The notes below the pieces were generated by a model. The model worked only from the letters and a program-made list of their open reading frames with translations. It made no database searches and had not been told where the DNA came from. Shown in pieces: positions 56,847 to 64,000 of a stretch of DNA of 64,000 bases; position 1 is the first letter of the stretch; each line of letters opens with the position of its first letter. The position numbers were made by a program, and so were the translations under genes. The stretch spans positions 352,540 to 416,539 of IMG/VR virus record IMGVR_UViG_3300028840_002431. One strand, written 5' to 3'.

Positions 56847-57749
56847 TTATGGAGGGCCTTCTAACAAATTCACGAACTTGTCGATGCAACGCCCCATGGA
56901 ATAGCGGGTCTCCACCCACTCTCTGCACCAAGCCGGGTCTTTAGGCTTTATGGCCCCCAACTCCTCAAAGGTGTTCCAGAGGCACTCTCTGGGCCATATG
57001 GTGTCGGCCCCTGGCCACGCATGGACGAGAGGAGTCAAGCCCATTGCCATAGCTTCCGCGACCCCCATGCCGAAGCTCTCAGTCACGCTCGTGGATATGA
57101 TAAAACGCTTACCCCTCAAGAACTCCTCGGTCCGCACCCACCCGAAATACCTAACATTAGGCAGTTCCAGATCTCGAAAATATAGCTCTATCTCCTCGTC
57201 CTGGAATGTCCCTCCGACATGAAATTGCCGGTCCGCTAACGAGGCCATTACCGCCCGCAAGAGGGCTGGACCCTTTTTCTTGTTCAGATAGCCGACGTAG
57301 GCGACGGTGCTGTCGTCCATAGACGCCTCGTCCTGAAGCTGAAACTTCGTGAGATCAACACCGTTCGGGATAAGATGTAATCTCACCTCAGGGCACAACT
57401 TGGCCATCTTGGCCCCCACGATCTCCTCGAATTTGGGAGACACCACGATCAGATCCGACACGTTAGGCCAAAAAACCCTCTTTAAATACTGATCCTGAGC
57501 CTCGTAACGGTGCAACCGGACAATGAGTCTTGGTTTTTTAGGTAGCTCCCCTAGCCTCTTGGACAAAACGACGGCGTTCTCGTCGCAGAAATCAACGAAT
57601 ATAACGTCCGGGCACAAAGTCTTGACATACTTCCACATATATTCGTTTTGGACGTGCTGTTCCCGATAGACGCTGTGGCCCTGTAGCCTCTCTGCGAGAT
57701 AAGGAGCCAGAGAGAAATTGGGTGTGATTTCGACAACGAGAAGCTTCAT
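56847..57749 (-). CDS. Glycosyltransferase, GT-B fold, family 4-like
   Basis: IPNGVDL, YVGYLNKKKG and ESFGMGVAEAMAMG motifs; start at ATG 57749 (ATGA overlap). Confidence 0.85.
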   Translation of the reverse strand: MKLLVVEITPNFSLAPYLAERLQGHSVYREQHVQNEYMWKYVKTLCPDVIFVDFCDENAVVLSKRLGELPKKPRLIVRLHRYEAQDQYLKRVFWPNVSDLIVVSPKFEEIVGAKMAKLCPEVRLHLIPNGVDLTKFQLQDEASMDDSTVAYVGYLNKKKGPALLRAVMASLADRQFHVGGTFQDEEIELYFRDLELPNVRYFGWVRTEEFLRGKRFIISTSVTESFGMGVAEAMAMGLTPLVHAWPGADTIWPRECLWNTFEELGAIKPKDPAWCREWVETRYSMGRCIDKFVNLLEGPP

Positions 57750-58246
57750 CGCCACCCCAAAATATGCTTCCGGCCTTCCCTGCCAGAGACTACAGAGGCG
57801 TGTTTGAAGTCCTCTTGGGTCCACCTGGAAATGTGAGCTTCATGCTTGTTTCCGTGGCAAGCGCCCTGCCCGCTCCAGTACGCCGGGGTCGAGACAATGT
57901 AATGTTTCTTCACACCCTCCAACAATTTCTTACCGTCTTCTCGACTCAGATGCTCGATAATATCGACGAGCAAGATCAGATCATACCCCTCGAACGTGGG
58001 CAGAAGTTCCATGACATTCTGGTAGAAAACACGCCGGTAGACGCAGTCATGGACCGGGGATTTGTAGTTTTCAAAAACCTCAACCCCATCCACGATCGGC
58101 GTGAACCCCTTCCAGTATTTTAAATACTCAACACACAGGACACCCCACTTACCGTACCCGGCCCCCACATCCAAAATGGTCCGGGGACACATCTCCATCA
58201 CCTTGTAGACAATGTCCGATATCACTTCCGGCCGACAACTAGGCAT
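57746..58246 (-). CDS. Class I SAM-dependent methyltransferase
   Basis: ILDVGAGYGKWG motif I; YDLILLVDIIEHL. Confidence 0.85.
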   Translation of the reverse strand: MPSCRPEVISDIVYKVMEMCPRTILDVGAGYGKWGVLCVEYLKYWKGFTPIVDGVEVFENYKSPVHDCVYRRVFYQNVMELLPTFEGYDLILLVDIIEHLSREDGKKLLEGVKKHYIVSTPAYWSGQGACHGNKHEAHISRWTQEDFKHASVVSGREGRKHILGWR

Positions 58247-58247
58247 C

Positions 58248-58835
58248 CTAGCTCCTCACGTAGATATAGAAATCAGCCAAGCTCCCGTTCGAGTGTTTAC
58301 TCATGGGCCATGGATTTTCCACCTTCTCGGCCAATCTCCATTCCGGGAACACTGTTTCCACATGATCCGTAAACTTGCGCTGACGCTCGTAGGTCGAAAA
58401 CCACTTCTCAAAGTTGGAGGAATAGATGGCCACGAACCTCCGGGCGCAACGAAAAAGCGCTTCCATATAAGCTAGATACACCTCATCTTCTACGAGATGA
58501 AAAATGACATCCAGGCTCAAAGTTAGCTCAGCGCTTCCGACCCGGTAGTCCGGATGTTGAACCACCTGAAAGGTCTTGGTGGGATCGCCTTTATACTTCT
58601 CCGAGCAAACGCGGACCGCTTCTTCGGAGACATCTAACCCTGTGTAAACAGGGATCTGGAAAAGGCCCAACTGGTTGCCGTCCCCACACCCCAAATCCAA
58701 CACCGACCGTATCTTGTTCTCTCTCACAAGACGGTTTATTACCTCGGCCTTGAACTCGGCCAACTTGCCGTAGGACCCTCTTCCCGAAGTCCGCCCGCTA
58801 CGGTACCGCTGCTCCCAGTATTCGGCGCTAGACAT
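58248..58835 (-). CDS. Class I SAM-dependent methyltransferase
   Basis: VLDLGCGDG motif I; GLDVS; SLDVIFHL. Confidence 0.85.
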   Translation of the reverse strand: MSSAEYWEQRYRSGRTSGRGSYGKLAEFKAEVINRLVRENKIRSVLDLGCGDGNQLGLFQIPVYTGLDVSEEAVRVCSEKYKGDPTKTFQVVQHPDYRVGSAELTLSLDVIFHLVEDEVYLAYMEALFRCARRFVAIYSSNFEKWFSTYERQRKFTDHVETVFPEWRLAEKVENPWPMSKHSNGSLADFYIYVRS

Positions 58836-59439
58836 CGTACCCCAGAAACCCGGAAGGCACGATTTCCTTGACGGCCCTCAGGAGGCTCTCGGGAGGCTCT
58901 TTGGGCTGAGTAGGCGGCTTCGCTGGTAACCACCCAACGCGCTCCTTGACCCTCTTGTAACTATCGTGCTTTGGAGTTAGCTCGAACCAGTCGGCTATCC
59001 GGGACAGGATCTCGTCATGCTTGTCGCTTATAAGATCTTCATAACGCACCCAACAACACCCTGTCGTGTACCACTTCGCGTGTCGAAGCCACGACTCCAC
59101 GCCCTGTCTTCCGATGTACTTACCGTTGTCCCACCTGCATAGTGGGTCCATCAACCGCCAATAAGACATCAAAGTATCTACCGGGTGTCGGACGATGTAT
59201 AGCACTCTCCTGTCACGGGCTAAGAGGTTGTGTGTGTACCAGAGACGATGCCACGGTATTTCGGCACGAGTTCCCGGCCCCCACTCCTTATCCCCGTAAA
59301 TGAACTTGTAAGGGGGCGGCATCTTTACCCTGAGAGACATGTCGGGCAACTCAAAATTCTTCCATATAGTAGCAGCCAAAAGATGGGTCCCACTTCTCTT
59401 ATGAGAGCAGAGTCGGATCGGACCGTAGTTAGCTGTCAC
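58828..59439 (-). CDS. PAPS-dependent sulfotransferase-like protein
   Basis: 5'-phosphosulfate loop SHKRSGTHLL, 3'-phosphate-binding YIVRHPVDTLMSYW, and VRYEDL. Confidence 0.8.
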   Translation of the reverse strand: MTANYGPIRLCSHKRSGTHLLAATIWKNFELPDMSLRVKMPPPYKFIYGDKEWGPGTRAEIPWHRLWYTHNLLARDRRVLYIVRHPVDTLMSYWRLMDPLCRWDNGKYIGRQGVESWLRHAKWYTTGCCWVRYEDLISDKHDEILSRIADWFELTPKHDSYKRVKERVGWLPAKPPTQPKEPPESLLRAVKEIVPSGFLGYDV

Positions 59440-61016
59440 ACTTTTCTCACAAACAACACATCTTTATTGGTCGCCGTTTCGGCGTAACGGCTCCAAGCGG
59501 CGGCATTGTTAGGTCCGCTCAACTGGGCCATCAAAACCAAAGCTTCTTTGAATTCAGCGTTGATACCCAGCGCTTTCATACAATTCTTCTTGGCCCCGTC
59601 CCAGTCTTTGAGGATCATACAGCACCGTGCCATTTGGAGACGGGCTTCGGCCATCTCAGGCCCCCACGTGGCTTGTGCCATGTAAATCCGATACATCTCA
59701 AGGGCCGATTTCCACTGGCCGTGGTAGCCGTACTCCCGCGCCAAATAGAACTTGTGCCTCGAATTCCCCGGATGTTTGGCTACCGCCTTGGTCAAGATTC
59801 GTACCATTCGGCCTTTATCGATGGAGTGTGCGGGACTCACACCATAAACGATCTTGACCCCGCTGTGCCCGTCGGCCGGTCTCGGGATTGTTTCATGCGC
59901 CATACCCTCGAACTTCAAACCTCTTCGGTTCCGCCAGAAGCGTACGGGATAGTTAGATTGACTTCCGCCTTCCGCTTCTAACTCGCACGATAAGGTCCAC
60001 GCCTCTGGGGCCGCATTCGCAGCCGCCTTCCGCAACCGGGAGATACCGTTCTTTTCTAACACCTCGTCGGCGTCGATACTTAGAATCCAATCCGTTGTGG
60101 AACGGGCGATCGCGAAGTTACGGGCGTCGTCGAACTCGTCCTTCCATTCGTACTCTCCGACGCTCACGTTCTTTGTATACTTACGAGCTATCTCCGGAGT
60201 GTTGTCTTCGGAGCCGGTGTCCACGATCACAATCTCGTCGATGCCATCCAGGGACTTCAAACATTTGTCCAGACAAGCGCTCTCGTTTTTGACAATCATG
60301 GCAGCGCCGATCGTGGGTCTCTTCTCAAACTTTTTCTTGGCCCCGGTTTCTGCGATGAATGTGTACTCGGCAGTCTCAGGCTCAATACGAGTCTTGGTGC
60401 TAGTCTCCACCAACTTATGGTAATCACTACGCAATTTGGAGTTCATACCGGTATCGGGGTCGGCGCTGAGTTGGTTCGGACTAATCCCACGCTGGAACGT
60501 CGCCTTGGGGATCTCACCGACTTTCAACCCAACTCTGGCGGCACGGGTGATGAACTCGTAATCGGCCGCGCAACGCCACGGCTCATAGCCTCCCATCCGC
60601 TCCCACGCCTCGTTCCAGATAGCGAATGCGCCGTAAGCGAGTAAACGGTCGTCCGTGACCTGACGAACAATGTCCGCCCCATCTCGTACCGCTACGTGCT
60701 CATCAACAAGAAACGGATAGGGCACATCGTCAGCGCCGAAGAACATAACGTAAGGATGGCTCGCCAGCGGGACCAGAGTGTTAAATACAATGTAAGGGCC
60801 GTGGTTTTCCGGGAACCAAAAAAGCCGTGTATTCGGCGGAAGCGCCAAATGACCCAACTCTTCCAAGGTGTTCTCGCACCCGTCAACGCCGATCAAAATC
60901 TCTAACGGAATCCCCGCCTTGTTTTCCTGTGCGCCGAACGCATCAAGGCAATTACCGATGTGGTCTGCCGCATTCCAAGCAGAGATCACGACGCTCATAC
61001 CAAGAGGCTGTTCCAT
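59436..61016 (-). CDS. Tandem GT2-GT2 glycosyltransferase with C-terminal TPR repeats
   Basis: VVISAWNAADHIGNCL...FGADD; MIVKNESACLDKCL...VDTGSED...IDADE; TPR-like FYLAREY...EMAEARLQMARC...EALVLMAQL. Confidence 0.85.
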   Translation of the reverse strand: MEQPLGMSVVISAWNAADHIGNCLDAFGAQENKAGIPLEILIGVDGCENTLEELGHLALPPNTRLFWFPENHGPYIVFNTLVPLASHPYVMFFGADDVPYPFLVDEHVAVRDGADIVRQVTDDRLLAYGAFAIWNEAWERMGGYEPWRCAADYEFITRAARVGLKVGEIPKATFQRGISPNQLSADPDTGMNSKLRSDYHKLVETSTKTRIEPETAEYTFIAETGAKKKFEKRPTIGAAMIVKNESACLDKCLKSLDGIDEIVIVDTGSEDNTPEIARKYTKNVSVGEYEWKDEFDDARNFAIARSTTDWILSIDADEVLEKNGISRLRKAAANAAPEAWTLSCELEAEGGSQSNYPVRFWRNRRGLKFEGMAHETIPRPADGHSGVKIVYGVSPAHSIDKGRMVRILTKAVAKHPGNSRHKFYLAREYGYHGQWKSALEMYRIYMAQATWGPEMAEARLQMARCCMILKDWDGAKKNCMKALGINAEFKEALVLMAQLSGPNNAAAWSRYAETATNKDVLFVRKV

Positions 61017-61034
61017 ACGCCTCTTTACACCGAC

Positions 61035-62057
61035 TTATACCGTAGTCGCCCGCGAAATAAGCATGGACCAGACGACTTGCCGGTCCGAACCTGTCGCGCC
61101 TCTGTGTATAACCGCCTTGGTCTTCCACTGAGGCAAGACAGTGGCCGGGATATTGTCATAAACGGTCAGGTCGTCGTGGCCTTCCCCAGACATCCACAAC
61201 TTTCGCACGTACGTCGTCAGATCAAGAGACACGTCGAACAAGTTGTGCGTGCCGGTTCCCGGTGTGTACGTCAGAACACCGGTAGCTGCCACATACGTGA
61301 AAAAGCCGTCATTGTTTGACGCCGGTACCGGAACGGCTTTCGTGAAGCTCACATTCGCGTTTAGCGTTTCTTCAAGGTCTATATCCCAGTTAGGGCCATC
61401 AGAACCTGGGGTGCCTGGAGCTACAATCATGTTCGCACCGCCGCCAATACCTAGCTTGGCGTAAGCGCCTGAGCCGGTGTTCTCCACAATGTTCGAGGTG
61501 GCTGGAGCATAGATCGTCAAGTTAGCATAATCACCGTACTCACATCCGTTCCAATGGATACAACCGCCTCCAAGACGCACAGGATGGATATACTGAGACT
61601 CGACTGTGGTGTCGCCCTCTGCGGTCAACTCCGCCCTAAACTCTGTACCCCCGCCAACATTGCCGCCCGTAACATCGTCACCCTCCCCACACCAAACGAC
61701 GTACTGCTCGATGGGCCATGTGTTTGCGGCTACAACGGGAGTGTCCCCCTCAACACTCGGACCATTCAGATGAACGAGAGGAACGCCGTCGGCTGTGACT
61801 GGGTCAGGGAGAGGCTCGCCGGAAGTATTACCAATCAAGCCGCCACAAGGATCGGTAGTATCTCCATCCAAGACAGTCTTGTCAGCGGCGGGTAAAGAGT
61901 TCTTAAAAACAACACCTAACACGTCACCCGTGATGTCGATCCTGTCGAGAGCGATCGTGATGGCGCTCTCTTGGATTTCCTGCGTCAGCCTGGGAGCGTC
62001 GCACTTACCGGCTACAATGTCGTCCGCGATAGAATATGTGTAAGTGGTTTCGGCCAT
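61035..62057 (-). CDS. Putative fibre/appendage-associated protein
   Basis: The N-terminal ~70 aa are paralogous to those of 62057-62644; beta-rich remainder. Confidence 0.55.
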   Translation of the reverse strand: MAETTYTYSIADDIVAGKCDAPRLTQEIQESAITIALDRIDITGDVLGVVFKNSLPAADKTVLDGDTTDPCGGLIGNTSGEPLPDPVTADGVPLVHLNGPSVEGDTPVVAANTWPIEQYVVWCGEGDDVTGGNVGGGTEFRAELTAEGDTTVESQYIHPVRLGGGCIHWNGCEYGDYANLTIYAPATSNIVENTGSGAYAKLGIGGGANMIVAPGTPGSDGPNWDIDLEETLNANVSFTKAVPVPASNNDGFFTYVAATGVLTYTPGTGTHNLFDVSLDLTTYVRKLWMSGEGHDDLTVYDNIPATVLPQWKTKAVIHRGATGSDRQVVWSMLISRATTV

Positions 62058-62643
62058 CAGATCCTCTTCATCAACGAAACACTAGCCCTGCGAATACAAG
62101 CCGCGCCTTGCTTCCCCTGAGCTTTGAACTGTAACTTGATATGTGGTGTGTCGCCTGTGTTAAAATCGATGAACGCTTCCCCGCTGCAATAACGCCATCG
62201 ATTTTTGATCCAATTATCACAACAGTACTCGATTCCATCAACTTCAATTCGGGTCTCAACTCTTGTGGCACTACTATTTGACGTTTTTACTTCATAACTC
62301 CATGCGACTCGATAAGCGCCATCGATTAAGGGATCGAGAGTTGCGTCTATTTTATCCCGGTATTCTGTAGTAGTGCTTATACTCTCCGCTTCATCCGTAA
62401 CAGTCTGAGGGGTATCAGAAACATCCGTACCTTGATGCGCCGCTACAAGGCCGTCCAGTATAGTTTGATCACCACCGCTAAGGGCGTCGTCGAACCAAAT
62501 GTCGCACACGTCCCCAGTGGTAAAGATATAGTACAAAGCAGTGACGATAGCAGAACCATCAATCTCTTTAGAGAGTAGGGTGCTGTTGACCTTCTGGTTC
62601 GGAAAGTCCTCACTAATACTATAAGTATACTTGGTAGCGGCCA

Positions 62644-62644
<1 letters not shown>
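62057..62644 (-). CDS. Putative fibre-associated protein (shared N-terminal anchor plus jelly-roll-like C-domain)
   Basis: MAATKYTYSISED...GDVCDIWFDDALSGGDQTILDG versus MAETTYTYSIADD...GDVLGVVFKNSLPAADKTVLDG. Confidence 0.55.

Positions 62645-64000
<1,356 letters not shown>

Overview
The window looks like the virion-morphogenesis region of a large (jumbo-type) contractile-tailed bacteriophage. It uses standard genetic code 11, and all but one credible gene is on the minus strand, with tight stop/start coupling. In transcription order (64000 to 1) it carries: a Gly-X-Thr collagen fibre; a glycosyltransferase/methyltransferase/sulfotransferase block; decoration-like and Ig-like proteins; motif-tagged putative internal head proteins; neck proteins; Dps-like and actin-like genes; tail terminator; a very large sheath; an ~8.6 kb inserted cassette (small tagged proteins, UvrD-family helicase, MqsA-like HTH); tube; two chaperone-like genes; tape measure; tube initiators (one fused to a lytic transglycosylase); hub; spike; and baseplate wedge genes. 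No capsid, portal, terminase, integrase, tRNA, rRNA or CRISPR array was seen. All product calls come from motif reading and gene order, not from database searches. The most interesting signals are (1) a BclA-like collagen fibre next to a glycosylation, methylation and sulfation block, (2) recurrent peptide tags ([KR]-x-A-[AS], AFEEAL, MDxLRWK) on unrelated proteins, including an apparent polyprotein, (3) AGAT-rich intergenic leaders, one with mutually exclusive RNA stems over an RBS, and (4) an actin-fold ATPase inside the neck/tail operon.
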